Positions 13,901 through 26,634 of a stretch of DNA of 64,000 nucleotides are shown piece by piece. Source of the stretch: Cetorhinus maximus (Eukaryota). The stretch lies in assembly GCF_964194155.1 (NCBI RefSeq), contig NC_135891.1:103788001-103852000 (forward strand). The letters run 5' to 3'. Every line of letters begins with the position of its first letter. Within the stretch, counting starts at the first letter, position 1. The translations under genes were made by a program, and so were the position numbers. Below the pieces are notes generated by a model that made no database searches, was not told where the DNA came from, and worked only from the letters and a program-made list of their open reading frames with translations.

Positions 13901-15000
13901 CAGTTGTGATATGGTTCCCATTTTGAATGTTTGACTGAACTCCAAACCTCACTAATGGATTCGACTCTCTAAGGGTTGTTTACACAGCTGTGAGGGGACT
14001 TTGAGCTTTGTTTTATTACTGGTTTGATGAGCTGTGGAGAAAATTACGTTTATTTGAAGTGCTTTTTGAATGCCTGCTTGTTTATTTTGATAGTTTTATG
14101 AGCTCTTAGTAGATTTAGGCCTTTTTAACAATGGGAGTTTGAATAGATGCTTTTTTATTTGGACAGTTTCATGAACATTTCAAAGCCTTCCAAGTGTTAT
14201 TAAGGGCTCATGAGTTCTGCCCATAGTGGATACTGGGTGAGTGGCTACGGGGGACGCATGAGGTGAGGGGTGCATGGAGGAGCATGGGGATATGAGGGAT
14301 ATTGGAGATATGAGGGGTCATGGGGGTGGGTGGGGAAATGAAGTGTTGAGGAACGAGGGCTAGTGTGCTCAAGATTAATTTACAGGACTGGGACAATATC
14401 CCAGTGAATGGAGGCAGGCTTCTAACCTGCCAGCCTCAGTATCCGTTCATCTCTGTTGCCACCTTTGGCCTGCTTTAGGAGGCAGTTGCATGGACTCCAG
14501 CCCGTCCCAGCCATCCCACTATGAAAATAGCGTGGACAGGCATTGTCGGGCAGGAGGCAAGATCATGACTTCAAGAAATGGCCTGACTCATGATCCCCGC
14601 CTCAAGGATGAAAATCCGGGTTGAGTAGGGAGAGATAGGGTAGGATTATCCCCCCCCGAGAGAGGCAGAAAGGTTTAGGTAGGGTATCCCAGAGTTTAGG
14701 GCCTTGGTAGCTGAAGGCATGGCTACTAATAGTTAAAATTGGGGATGCTCCAGAGTCCTAAATTAGAGGAATGCAGTTATTTCAGAGGGCTGTGGGGGGC
14801 TGGAAGAGACTACGGAGTATCTAGGTGTTGCTTAACTGGGACTAGCATGGGGGATGATGAGTAAACAGGAATTGGTATGAGTTAGGACACAGGCAGCAGA
14901 GTTTTGGATGACCTTGAGTTTATGGAGGGTAGATTGTGGCAGACTGCCCAGGGGTGTGTTGGAATAGTCAAGTAAGGACATGGATGAGGGTTTCAACTGC
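10975..15000 (-). mobile_element. Fragmented L2 LINE(s), interrupted by a CR1 and by two GC-rich MITE-like inserts (about 12378-13046 and 13729-14622)
   Basis: ORF 13399..13584 contains EVPQGSIFGPLLSIIYMLSL (RT motif). ORF 12205..12468 contains TLYKLQFVQN (L2 C-terminus). Confidence 0.65.
11270..12125 (+). mobile_element. CR1 LINE 3' fragment
   Basis: ORFs 11579..11818 ([28 protein letters not shown]) and 11805..12032. Ends in a (TTCTATGG)n tail at 12105-12124. Confidence 0.95.
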
Positions 15001-15789
15001 ATTCACTTGGAATCGCTTGTAATGACTGAAGCTGAAAATAACACTGACATCTGAGAAGACTGACTCATTATACATCACAATGAGATCTCTTCAATGCTTG
15101 GCAAAGAAGTTGTCATAAAACAAAACAGTCTTGTTTTGATCTGAAACCATATTTTTTTGAAACCTTTTTTTGGTTTAAAGTGAACATATTCCATATGAAC
15201 AGTTTATATAAAGTTCAGCAGTGTGGTATTGAAAGCTTTTATTTGTCATTATGTGAATGATTCAATCCAAGAGTAACATACTGTGGTCATGTCCAACTGT
15301 ATTGTCTGCATTGATATCATCGTGACTTGCACTACTCACTGTTGGTCAATTACGGTAATGAGGAAGCCTTTTCATAAGCGAGATACATGACAATGACTTT
15401 AGATAGTGACTGGCTCCAAATCACCATTAGTACATAGTATGGAATATGATTTTGTGGTTCTCACAGGCTTACAGTATCTCCTCCAGATGGACATTCTTCA
15501 TATATGAGCCCAAATGGTGAATGTCAGCAGAAAATTCACCTTTGGGAAGCGTCAAAGTAGAGCCTGCTTCTGTCTTCACCTCGCACCCATACACACAAGC
15601 CCTTCTCAGGAATGGGTCTGTGGATAAATTCCTTTCCTAACTGTCCTAGGGAAATTGAGACCATTTGTAATTTCCCACCCCTCTCACTTGCCAAAACCAG
15701 CCAGGTCACTGCAGGTTGGGAACAAACGTTCTGTTCCCCAGGGTATTTGTACCAAACCATTTAACCACTCAAGCCTTGAATTTCTCAAT

Positions 15790-16020
15790 TAAAGACAAAA
15801 AATGCCGGAAACGCTCAGCAGTCCGGCCACATCTGCGGCAAGAAACAAAGTTAACATTTCAGGCGGAGGATCCTTCATCAGAATCAAAATGACCCATCAT
15901 CGAGCTGAAGTGGTCACTCTGTTTCTCTCTGTCACAGATGCTGCCTGACCTGCTGAGTATTTCCAGTATTTGCCATTTTCCATTTAGATTTCCAGCATTG
16001 GCAGTATGTTGCTTTTGCAT
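15790..16020. mobile_element. Inverted pair of Penelope-like terminal fragments
   Basis: Minus copy (about 15795-15884) has an intact CTGATGA-AGG..CCT-GAAA hammerhead core. Plus copy (about 15900-16020) has CAGATGCTGCCTGACCTGCTGAG. Confidence 0.75.
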
Positions 16021-16456
16021 TAGTCTTGAATTTTGGTTTGCAATTTTAACCGATTAAAAATCTTAAGTTTAAGTCCTGAACACATGAAAAATATATTCCA
16101 TAAACAGCTGCGGTCAGGAGAATGGTGGCAATGCCCTGACACATTTCAAGGTGAGTTACGCTGTTCACTGTGCCACTGAACAGGAACTCCTCGTGTCTGC
16201 TGCCTGTGAGGGCTCAAATCTGTCTTTGTCAGTTGTCATGGTGACTAACCAGTGACCATCCTCAATGGCAAGGTTGAGTGAGGTTGGTGGGGGGCTGGGG
16301 AATGGCGGGGTGGTTGACTCAGTCAATTTGACTCCATGAGAATGATGTTGTGTGTTCAAAACCAAGTCATCCCTCTGTTGGAGACTGTGTAATGCAGGTA
16401 GGCCAGCTGTACTCCAGAGACCTGTTGATATTGAGCCAGCCAGGTCCATTAATGGT

Positions 16457-16585
16457 AAAAGCAAAATACGGCGGATGCTGGAAATCTGAAACAGAAACAG
16501 AAAATGCTGGGAAAACTCAGCAGGTCTGACAGCATCTGTGAAGAGGGAAAGAGAGTTGACATTTCGAGTGCATATGACTCTTCTT
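16457..16585 (-). mobile_element. Penelope-like terminal fragment with 10-bp target duplication
   Basis: Flanked by the direct repeat CATTAATGGT (16447-16456 and 16586-16595). Body matches other PLE termini. Confidence 0.85.
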
Positions 16586-17054
16586 CATTAATGGTCCTGG
16601 GTAGGCCTGTCACTGGTTGTGGGATTATTCCCACTTTGCTCCAGATACCCTTGCAGATTAAAGTCTAACAGTTAGACTGGTCCTGGTTTGACAAGCTGCA
16701 GGAACTTTACCGCTGCTTTGCACTAGTAAGCTGCATGGTTTTGGCTGGTCATGCTCAAGCAGTACCCCTTTGCACACTTGGCAGTTCCTAAATATTGGCC
16801 ACTGTGAACCAAAATTCTTTGGGCTGGTCATCTCCCTACAGAGAAGAGAGTGTGCCCACCACATTGTCAGCAGAAGACCATCAGTTTGGTATTGACATTT
16901 CTCAATATCCACAATTGCAGACACTGAAACAAAACAATGGGTTTTCACATGTCAGACACCTGTCTGATCAAACTATAAAGCCAATAAAAAGGACATACGA
17001 AAGGAGATACAGATTATGAAAATGTAACAAACATAATTTTGATATTGTGTAATT

Positions 17055-18945
17055 TTTTAAATTCATTCATGGGATGTGGGTTTCGCTGTCTGGGCCAGCA
17101 TTTATTGCCCATCCCTAGTTGCCCTTGAGGAGGTGGTGGTGAGCTGCCTTCTTGAAACGCTGGGAGCTCCAGGATTTTGATCCAGCGACAGTGAAGGAAC
17201 GGTGATACATTTCCAAGTCAGGATGGTGAATGGCTTGGATGGGAACTTACGGGTGGTGATGCACCTACCTGCTGCCCTTGTCCTTCTAGATGGTAGTGGT
17301 CATGGGTTTGAAAGGTGCTGTCTAAGGAGTCTTGGTGAATTCCTGCAGTGCGTCTTGTAGATGGTACACACTGCTACTACTGTGCATCAGTGATGGAGGG
17401 AGTGAATGTTTGTGGACGTGGTGCCAATCAAGTGGGCTGCTTTGGCCTGGATGGTGTCAAGCTTCTTCAGTGTTCTAGGAGCTGCACTCATCCAGGCAAG
17501 TGGGGAATATTCCATCACACTCCTGACTTGTGCCTTATAGATAGTGGACAGGCGTTGGGGAGTCAGGAGGTGAGTTACTCATCACACGATTCCTAGCCTC
17601 TGACCTGCTCTTATAGCCACAGTATTTATATGGCTAGTCCAGTTCAGTTTCTGGTCAATGGTAACCCCCAGGATGTTGATAGTGGGGGATTCAGTGATGG
17701 TAATGCCATTGAATGTCAAGGGGCGATGTTTGGATTCTCTCGTGTTGGAGATGGTCATTGCCTGGCACTTATGTGACGCGAATGCTACTTGCCTCTTGTC
17801 AGCCCAAGCCTGGATATTGTCCATATCATGCTGCATTTGGACATGGGCTGCTTCAGTATCTGAGGAGTCGTGAATGGTGCTGAACATTGTGCAATCATCA
17901 GTGAACATCCCCATTTCTGACCTTATGATGGAAGGAAGGTCATTGATGAAGCAGCTGAAGATGGTTGGGCTGAGGACACTATCCTGAGGAACTCCTGCAG
18001 TAATGTCCTGGAGCTGAGATGACTGACCTCCAACAACCACGACCATCTTCCTTTGTGCTAGGCACGACTCCAACCAGTGGAGAGTTTGTCCCAATTCCCA
18101 TTGAGCCCAGTTTTGCTAGGGCTCCTTGATGCCACACTTGGTCAAATGCTTGATGTCAAGTGCAGTCACTCTCATTCCACCTCTGGAGTTCAGCTCTTTT
18201 GTCCATGTTTGAACCAAGGCTATAATGAGGTCAGGAGCTGAGTGGCCCTGGCAAAACCCAAACTGAGCATCAGTGAGCAGGTTATTGATAAGCAGGTTCT
18301 GCTTGATAGCACTGTTGATAACCCCTTCCATTACTTTACTGATGATCGAGAGTAGACTGATGGGGTGGTAATTGGCCGGATTGGATTTGTCCTGCTTTTT
18401 GTGTACAGGACATACCTGGGCAAATTTCCACATAGCTGGGTAGATGTCAGTGTTGTCGTTGTACTGGACCAGCTTGGCTAGGGATGCGGAAAGTTCTGGA
18501 GCACAGGTCTTCAGTACTGTTGCTGGAATATTGTCAGGGCCCATAGTCTTTGCAATATCCAGTGCCTTAAACCGTTTCCTGATATCACGTGAAGTGAACC
18601 GAATTGACTGAAGACCGGCATCTGTGATACTGGGGACCTCCGGAGGGGGCCGAGATGGATCATCCACTCAGCACTTCTGCTGAAGATTGTAGCAAATGCT
18701 TCAGCCTTATCTTTTCCACTGATGTACTGGGCTACTCCATCATTGAGGATGGGGATATTTGTGGAGCCTCCTCTTCCAGTGAGTTGTTTAATCATCCACC
18801 ACCATTTGCGACTGGATGTGGCAAGACTGCAGAGCTTAGATCTGATCCATTGCCTGTGGGACAGCTTAGCTCTGTCTTATCACTTGCTGCTTATGCTGTT
18901 TGGCATGCAAGTAGCCCTGTGTTATAACTTCACCAGGTTGTCATG
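17055..18945 (-). mobile_element. 5'-truncated CR1/L2-group LINE with disrupted reverse transcriptase
   Basis: ORF 18116..18667 (GPDNIP..NPANYHPISLLSIISKVMEG..QFGF..VTALDIK) and ORF 17582..18094 (GVPQDSVLSPTIFSCFINDL..FTDD). 3' tail GGGCAATAAATGCTGGCC. Confidence 0.95.
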
Positions 18946-21587
18946 TTTTCTAATATCATGTAGTTAGTGTTTTTTTTGTTAAAAGTACCTCATTGTTCGA
19001 TCCTCAACTTGGACATGAACAAGAAATGTTCCATGTTCCTGTTTTCCTCCACTTTCACAAGGTTGTGTTCCGCCAGACCTTCTTCCCCCTGACAGCAGGT
19101 ATCACTGACATAGTATCCTCTTTCAATTCTCCTTATCACAGGAAGTAAGAGCTCAGTGCTATAAATTGGTCCTAGGCTAAATATAAGGGTGTAGTCTTAT
19201 TTTCGTGCCACTTAAAAAAGAAACTTGAATATAAACATGAAATATTCTGGGGATAAAGAGCCGCTGTCGTGCCTTTAAAGAAAACAGAATATCCAAAACA
19301 CAGTGGTGGAGTTGGTTGTGCTCTCTTTGCAAAAACAAGACAGTTTCCTCTTTTTAATTGTTAGATCCCTCCTACTTTTAACGATATCAGTGTAATTTCT
19401 TCCTGTAAAACCAGATCTAACGTCATGAAATGAAATTGTGCTGTCCCATTTTAGTGTCTCTACACATTACGCATTTGTTATGAAACATCTTTGTGTATTG
19501 CTTTTAAGATTTAAAACAAATGGTTTAACATCTCTGATAAAATAGCGGGCATAAGAATTTCCCAGTAACAAAACACTCAAGAATGGTTTTGACTCCTGGT
19601 GGACTCCAGAATATAAATGCAGAGAGTCAAACAGGCTTCAATGCCTGGATGAAGTTTAAATGCATTAAGTGTAGACTGGGGAAAGGAACGTGACATGCTG
19701 TGGGGGGCAGTAGGGTTGGGGTTGATCTGCAGAAGATGCCAGTGCGTTCCACTGTGACCAATGTGACCAATGCGATTAGTATTGTAACAGGGACTTCAAA
19801 TTATTAAAGATAAAAATAAACTGCAATTGCCAGACATTTGAATAGAGATTGAAAATGCTGGAAATACATAGCACATCCTTCAGCCTGAGGGTATCCACCC
19901 AACAGAGGAATGTTAACTGTTCATCTGCCCTGATCACAAATCATAATTTCAGCCTTTGTTATAGCATCACAAGGCAGATGTTAATTGAAATCCAGAGGGT
20001 TATAAATCACTGTTGGCTGGAATTCTCTGTAGCTGGCACCATAACCTGCTTCCTTCATCAGAACTGCACATTACCCTGTTGTTTCCCTTTTATAGATGTT
20101 TTTGGGCCAGCTGTGTATATGGCGCATGTTGCACTTTTATTTCAAATTTCCAGTTTTTTTTCCAAAAAAAAATTCTTCTAATTCCTTCATAAACAGAGCT
20201 AGGCGACTATCTGAGGAAAATAAAAATATATTGCATTTATATAGTGCCTTCCACAACCTCAGTACATCCCAAGGTGCATTAAAGCCAATGAAATATTTTT
20301 GACTGTGGTGACTGTTTTAATGTAGGAAAAGTTAAAATTATGGAGCAAGTGTTGAAGTAATTCAAGAGTATGATTGTTCCTATGCTCTTGGCTGTCGATA
20401 GGGTAGCCCAGAGACATAGAAATTGATAGAATGCCTGGAGTTGTGACTGATTATCTCTTTTCAGTATCAAATATTTTGTTAAGAATTTTCCCTTTGGAGG
20501 TTATACTGGCAGGGTAGAATTCCAGACAAATTGTACATGGCTTGTGGAAGGAACAGGTTTGATCGACTTTTTGAACTTTCTTATTCCATACTTTAGATAG
20601 TCTAAGAAACAGAAAGTCTTCAAACTATTTCACGGGAGTTCCTATTTCTGACAGATTGAGGATTTATGAGGAGTTGCGTATGTGATCTCAGCATGCAATA
20701 AATAATGAAGTCTGGAAATTGTAATTCTTGAATAAAATACATAAAGTTCAGCTCCCTTGATAGGTTAATTCATTTGTCAGTGGGGAACAGAGTTATAAGA
20801 ATTATGTTATGTCCAGAGGTCTAGCCCTAGTCTATGCCAAGTTACTGACGCTAGCCACAATGGTGATAGGGGTGCTACAATTGGCCAGCCTTAGAACCCC
20901 TGTTCTAGAAATGGGAGGCCAACCAGAGTTCATATTCCAGAGACTGCTGTCCAGTGACTCCTTTTGGCAAGTGGACGTGTTGGACATTTGGCGAATCTGG
21001 GTTTCGGCTTGCACCCCATAAAGTAATGCTTGTTGCTGTCTATTTTGCTGGGCTGACTCTTGAAGAGAGCAGCTGATGTGTATGGAATCCACCTTGAGTC
21101 ACCACCTTTGAGACAAGAGGGCTGAAGGGATAAAGATACAGCAATATCAGAGGTCTGCAGCATGTTACTCTGATGGTACAAACACAAATATAGTTCACTC
21201 TAGTGCAGCAGTTGAGACAATATTTGGACTGCCATTAGTCTACCCTTGTCAATCAGGTATTCATAAAGAGCTGTTATGTTATGTTACAGAAGATATTAGC
21301 TGTATTTATACATTTATTGAAACTCAATAGGGAAATAATAGTCGACACTTATTCTAACTGATCCATACTTTACAACATTGCTCTTGAAAAGTACTTCATG
21401 AGATGTTACAGGCCTTGGGAAGTTCTGAGGTTGTCAAAGACACTATATAAATTTAAGTCCTTTCCTTCTTTCTTAAGCAGACAATCTTACCCTGGCGCAC
21501 TGCACTTGTGCAGAGTATAATGTTTCCAGGCAATTATAGCTTCCATCAAATGTCCAGTTTGTCAATTTTTAACTGGAATGACCTATA

Positions 21588-21606
21588 ATACTGCCATCTA
21601 GTGTCA
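21588..21606. promoter_or_regulatory. CTCF-like motif
   Basis: ATACTGCCATCTAGTGTCA closely matches the CTCF core CTGCCATCTAGTGG. Motif match only. Confidence 0.35.
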
Positions 21607-23767
21607 CTGCTCCAGCCTGAGCAGAGCAAAGACAGCAACTAGAGAGACTCCAGTGAAAGAGAATCAAGTATTCTCACTCCAAGGCCATGCTACGTTTATG
21701 TTATAGCGCTTGCTGTCCAGAGCAGCCTTGACATTGGCAGAAAATCTGTAATATAAATGAGGAGGAGTGAGCATCTTCTGTGGAGCACAGTGTTCACATG
21801 AAGAGATGTTTCTTCCACACAATGACCATTGCTTCCAGTGGCACGAGTGTCCACTTTCCCTGAAGTATGGCTTTGGCCTACTTATGTAGGTGAGCACAGG
21901 GTTTCTTGTATTGTTGTCTACACAGATCTTCCTGATATTGGGTAAAGGTCCACAACCAGATACGTCTCAGCATTGCAGGGAGGAGAATTAGCAAAGGAAG
22001 ACTGCTTCAATTCAGTTGAGAACGAGTGTAAATAAAACTAACTGTGAACTTAAACTGATAGCAGTCCAGGCAGCAGCAGGTGCATTACAACTGCTGAGTT
22101 AGGGAAGTGGTGGGAAATCAGGGGATTCTTGCTCCTCATTGCTAGTCAGCAATTCACACGGCAAACTGTGCATGGCTATTGGGTTTAGGACAGATTGAGT
22201 TTGAATAGTTTGCTGACAGATCCTGCCAGGGCCAGCATGAGAACACAGCCACTTGCACAAGGTAGTATAGGATGCCCATGGAGCCAAATCCCAGCAAACC
22301 ATATAAATGTCTTCAGGAGAGGAGGGGAGAAAATTGGTGGAAAGGGTTAGTAAGAACATTTTTTTTTAATCACCAAAAAAAGCAATCAGCAGGGTTCATC
22401 TCGGTTTATCAGGCCTTCAGAAAGGCAAATTGAGTGCAACCTTTGCTGGGCACTAAGTAGAGGAAATGCAGGAAGGAAATAATGGATTAAAAAACTTTTG
22501 CATAAAAATTGTTGGGTGTTGATTGCTGCAATAGCTTTTTACAGAGGCCAAGCTGTCAGGGGGTGGTGGTTAGATTGTGGCATCCTCCAACTAGTGACGC
22601 ATGAACCTAGGCACTGCTACTGCTGAACCTGTGAAAACAATACATGTGTGTCTCTGAGACTTAACAGTAAAAAAGTTGCCATTTCACAAAATGGGTGGGG
22701 GCATGGGGGATAAAATTCTTCATGCTATACTGCTGGTTTTGAAGACTCCTTCAAAGTACCCTCCGACCCTAAACTTTTCATGGGCGTTTTTTTTTTAATT
22801 TTGATTAATGGAATTGTTCAAAAAAATCAGGTCATAATGGACACATGGTGGGAAGGAAGTGGGATTGGTTGGGACGGTGGGGGTGGGGGGGCGGGGTGTT
22901 GTGGGGTAGGTTGGAAGGGTGGGGAAAGGGTAAGTGATTCCTGTTGTTGTAACTGCCCACACTGCCTGGGTTCCACCAGGTTGGGCCAGTTCACATTGGA
23001 GCCTTTCAACCAGCGATTAAGAAACAGCGAGCTGATCGCTTGCATCAATATGCAGACAGTGTGACACTATTTTTGAATCGTGATACACGTACTGACAGGT
23101 TGCATCGGTTTAACAGGCCTCATGAGGTCATGGGTCTTGGAAGATGAAAATCCAGCTTCGGGTTGATTGTTAATGATTGAAAGCTGACAGGAAAAGTCCA
23201 TTTGTTTTTGAATGGCTAATTTAAAGATCCCCAGCCTGTGGTGTTTATGGAATATATCATTGCCTGTCATGGTTAATAGTGAATGTTAACTGGCAGTTAC
23301 TGTTCCTTAGCTGATATAAATCATCAGTGCCTTCACTGCAGGTGATCCCAACATTTCTGCTGCACATTCCAATCAGTAATTTACAAAGAACAGTATCATC
23401 CAGTTAGATTCAGAGTGATGACTTTTGAACGGTGAGGGATTATAACTGCACCATTTCCTCTTCAACCTATCTCATCCTGTGCATCTCATTTCCTGTAGCC
23501 GACCTCGCTTAAGAGAAAAAGTCAGCTATACAGCAGGAATATTCATTTGTACGTTGTGTTTGGAGAAGACTTTCATTACAGTTTAATTAGTAAAAATTCC
23601 AGAAAAACAGTGGGGATTTTTGAAGTTATATATACGATAAAACATTTTATTTAGATATATAATATAACTATCTAACCACATTTACAAAAGTGTAAATAAT
23701 ATTTACAATATTAAAAATATGTGCTATATTTACATTATATACAAATGCTGACAAGTTTTGTGTGTCA

Positions 23768-24200
23768 ACTGTGGTTCAGCTGCTAACACTCTCATCTTAG
23801 CGGCAGAAGGTTGTGGGTTCAAGTCCCATTCCAGGACTTGAGCACAAAAATCAAGGCTGATGCTCCAGTGCAGTACTAAGGGAGTGCTGCACTGTTGGAG
23901 GTGCTGTCTTTTGAATGCGATGTTAAACTGAGGCCCTGTCTGCCTTCTTAGGTGGGCATAAAAGATCCCATGGCACCATGAAGAGAAAGTGAGTTATCCC
24001 TGGTGTCCTGGCCATTATTTATCCCTAAATTGACATCACAAAAACAGATTATGTGGTCATTATCACATTGCTGTTTGTTGGAGTTTGCTTTGTGTAAATA
24101 GTGTTTCCTACATTACAACAGTGACTACACTTCAATGGCTGTAAAGTGCTTTCAGATGCCTGGTGGCCATGAAAAGCACTATATAACTGCAAGCCTTTGG
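23768..24200 (+). mobile_element. Deu-domain tRNA-SINE (SacSINE1-like), near full length
   Basis: tRNA-like head (GGTTCAAGTCCC B-box), central CCAGTGCAGTACTAAGGGAGTGCTGCACTGTTGGAGG..AAAGATCCCATGGCAC, tail GCACTATATAACTGCAAG. Five further copies in the window. Confidence 0.85.
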
Positions 24201-24211
24201 CCTTTCGTTCT

Positions 24212-25484
24212 TTTTTATGAGTGCAATCCCCACCCCACAGGAAACAAACCCGGGCTACCTTATCCTGATTGTGTGTTAAACCCTTGGAAAAAAATGGATA
24301 TACAATTCCACATTGGGTTATGGGATTTTAGGTCCTTAAATATGATGAGGCCGCCACATCGTGTTGTTCTCTGTGGGGCTGAAGAAGGAGCTGAGACCGG
24401 GGCGTTAGAGGAGACCATGTCATGGCGCCAGATCACAGCCCAAATTACTTATGGACATATTGAACTTCTTGAGGAAGACATGTGTTTTTTTAAAAAGGAC
24501 ATACAATCAAAAGCTGGCTGAGACTGTAAAGTAACCACTTTCTGGAAAATTCCTATGTGGATTATGCTTGGCCGACTAGTCCAGAGAGGCCCTGGAATGT
24601 CGCATCTAAACCGATGTCAAGGCCCACTTCAGACAGACACTTGTGAAGGAGGGAGACAATGAAAAGTACTGAACTGTGATTGCCTGTGGTTGCAAAGACA
24701 ATAGAGGCTGGTTACCACTTCAGCAAAACCATCTCCTGTTGAGTTATCCCGCAGAATGTGGACGTGATCTGAGTTGAAAGAAAGCAGATTCTGGGCAAAA
24801 GGTATGTTTGTTTTTTCCCTGTCAGGAATATACAAGAAAAGAAGTTTAAAAAGCCAGCTGCAAACCATGATCTGTGTGCTCTAGTGTTCTAGTTCTGGTG
24901 TGCCAGTGTGTGCTGTGAAGATCACAAAGAAGAACAGCAACTAGGCAACCCCACAGCTTGCAGGTAAAAGTCTGTATCTGTCCCCTCTCTCTCTGTGCTG
25001 GAGGCAAGTCACAAGTCAGCAAAGCCACAGTCAAAAAGGAAGCAGGGCAACTCCTTCAACTAACCTGCAGAACCAAGTGTCTCCAAACCAACTGCTCAAC
25101 TGCCAAAGTCAGCTCTACTGGAATCACCCAACTTAACAGCCGCAACGTTTCACCATCTACTCCTCATGGATAAGCCAAAGACTGATTTGTATATCTTTCT
25201 AACTTTTGTTTTTGGACTCAACACCTCATTTCTAATCTGTGTGTATGTATGTTTCACTTTTATTATTTTTTTCTCTTGGGTTTAGTGGCTAATAAACGTA
25301 CTCTTTTTTCAACTCAAGAAAGCTTGATTAAATTGGCCCCTTCCAAAATACAGATACGTTTGAACTGGGGGGAAGTATCCACACGGGAAGGGATCCTTTT
25401 TCAAATTAACCTTGTTGTGACCAACCAAGGAGATTGAATAAAGAAGGGGGGCCAGCTCATTCCTCCTCACCTGGGAGCACCACA
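24212..25484 (+). mobile_element. LTR (Gypsy-like) followed by PBS-like units, no internal region seen
   Basis: AATAAA at 25291-25296. Ends ..CACA, immediately followed by tRNA-Pro PBS-like sequence (CTCATCCGGGAT, TGGGGGACCTCG). The 5' boundary is uncertain. Confidence 0.55.
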
Positions 25485-25719
25485 AAATTGAGGTCCCGTT
25501 TGGGAAGTTAACAATTTAGGGTATCTCATCCGGGATCATAACAAACTGGGGGACCTCGCCCTTGGACTGGGCTTGGAAAATATTGCCAAGATTTTTAATT
25601 TCAAACCAAGGTGACAGTGAGACTAGGAAACATGTCTCCAGAAAGAGTTTGAACTATTGTTCTGTAAACTTCAATGGAAAGAAAAACTGGCACAGTGAAA
25701 AGTTCAGCTGCAGATTCAG

Positions 25720-26130
25720 TATGAGCCGCTGCGGACAATCTCATCCTCAAAAATACTTTTATCCCTTTGAAGATCAGACCTCGATAAACAGTAACAAAAT
25801 GGCTGTTTAAAACAGAGAAAAAGGCATTCAGTGTGTAATGCGAAAGCGTCTCGCGCTCCCTTGTTGCTCGTTCGTGCGACAGTTCGTCAGCCCACACTCA
25901 CAGGTGTGTGCTGGAATATGAGTGTGTGTGTAACAGCTGCCGACGCTCTTCAATCCTCCAGAGCGCTTGTGGTTTTCTGCTTTCTGAGGGCCTTCAGTGT
26001 GCTCTGATAGCGGCTCTTGCCAGTCAAGTTTCAGAGATGAGCAGGAGCAAGCCTTCGCAAGCGACTGCATCAAGGAACCGGGGAGCCCATTATTAACGAG
26101 GAAAATCTCAGCGGGGAAATGTTCCCATGC
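25720..26130. promoter_or_regulatory. CpG-retaining non-repeat segment, candidate promoter or enhancer
   Basis: Dense CpGs (e.g. GCGAAAGCGTCTCGCGCTC, CTCGTTCGTGCGACAGTTCGTC) in otherwise CpG-depleted DNA. No recognisable repeat. Confidence 0.35.
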
Positions 26131-26634
26131 TTTTCCCAGGAGGGAAATATTCAATTGAAAGTGAAAGATAAATGAGCGTGCCAGTCCTGCTATTCACAGT
26201 GCCACCGGGGATTTGGAAAATGGGGCTGTTGACAGAAAAGAAAGTTTTTTTATATATTAAAGGAAAAATTCATGACCCAGGGCCAGGCTGGAATTTTTAG
26301 CTTTTTTTCTGTTCCATATTTGTAGACAACAAATGTTATTTTTTCCACTCGTGCGCTCTTATTATCCCAGATTGAACTCGGCCCTAAAGAAAATTGTGGC
26401 TGAAAGAAGGTGGGGGGGTGAGTAAAATCTTTAAAATTAGTTGACACCTCTCCCCATCGCTTCCTTTGCTGGTAACAAGTATTTGAGAAAAGGAGACCTG
26501 CAATAAATCGGAAAATGGAATGGCTTACTTAGCAAATACTTGAGGGACAGTTAGCATGTGCTTCAGAAGGACACCAGCAGCTCAGGATTTGATTCCTGTT
26601 CCAGCTGAGGTAGATTTGGGGCCTGCTTCATACA

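Noticed and set aside
25462-25566. Approximately 30-nt periodic repeat considered as CRISPR-like
   Set aside because: Eukaryotic context with no unique spacers and no cas genes. Better explained as PBS-like units.
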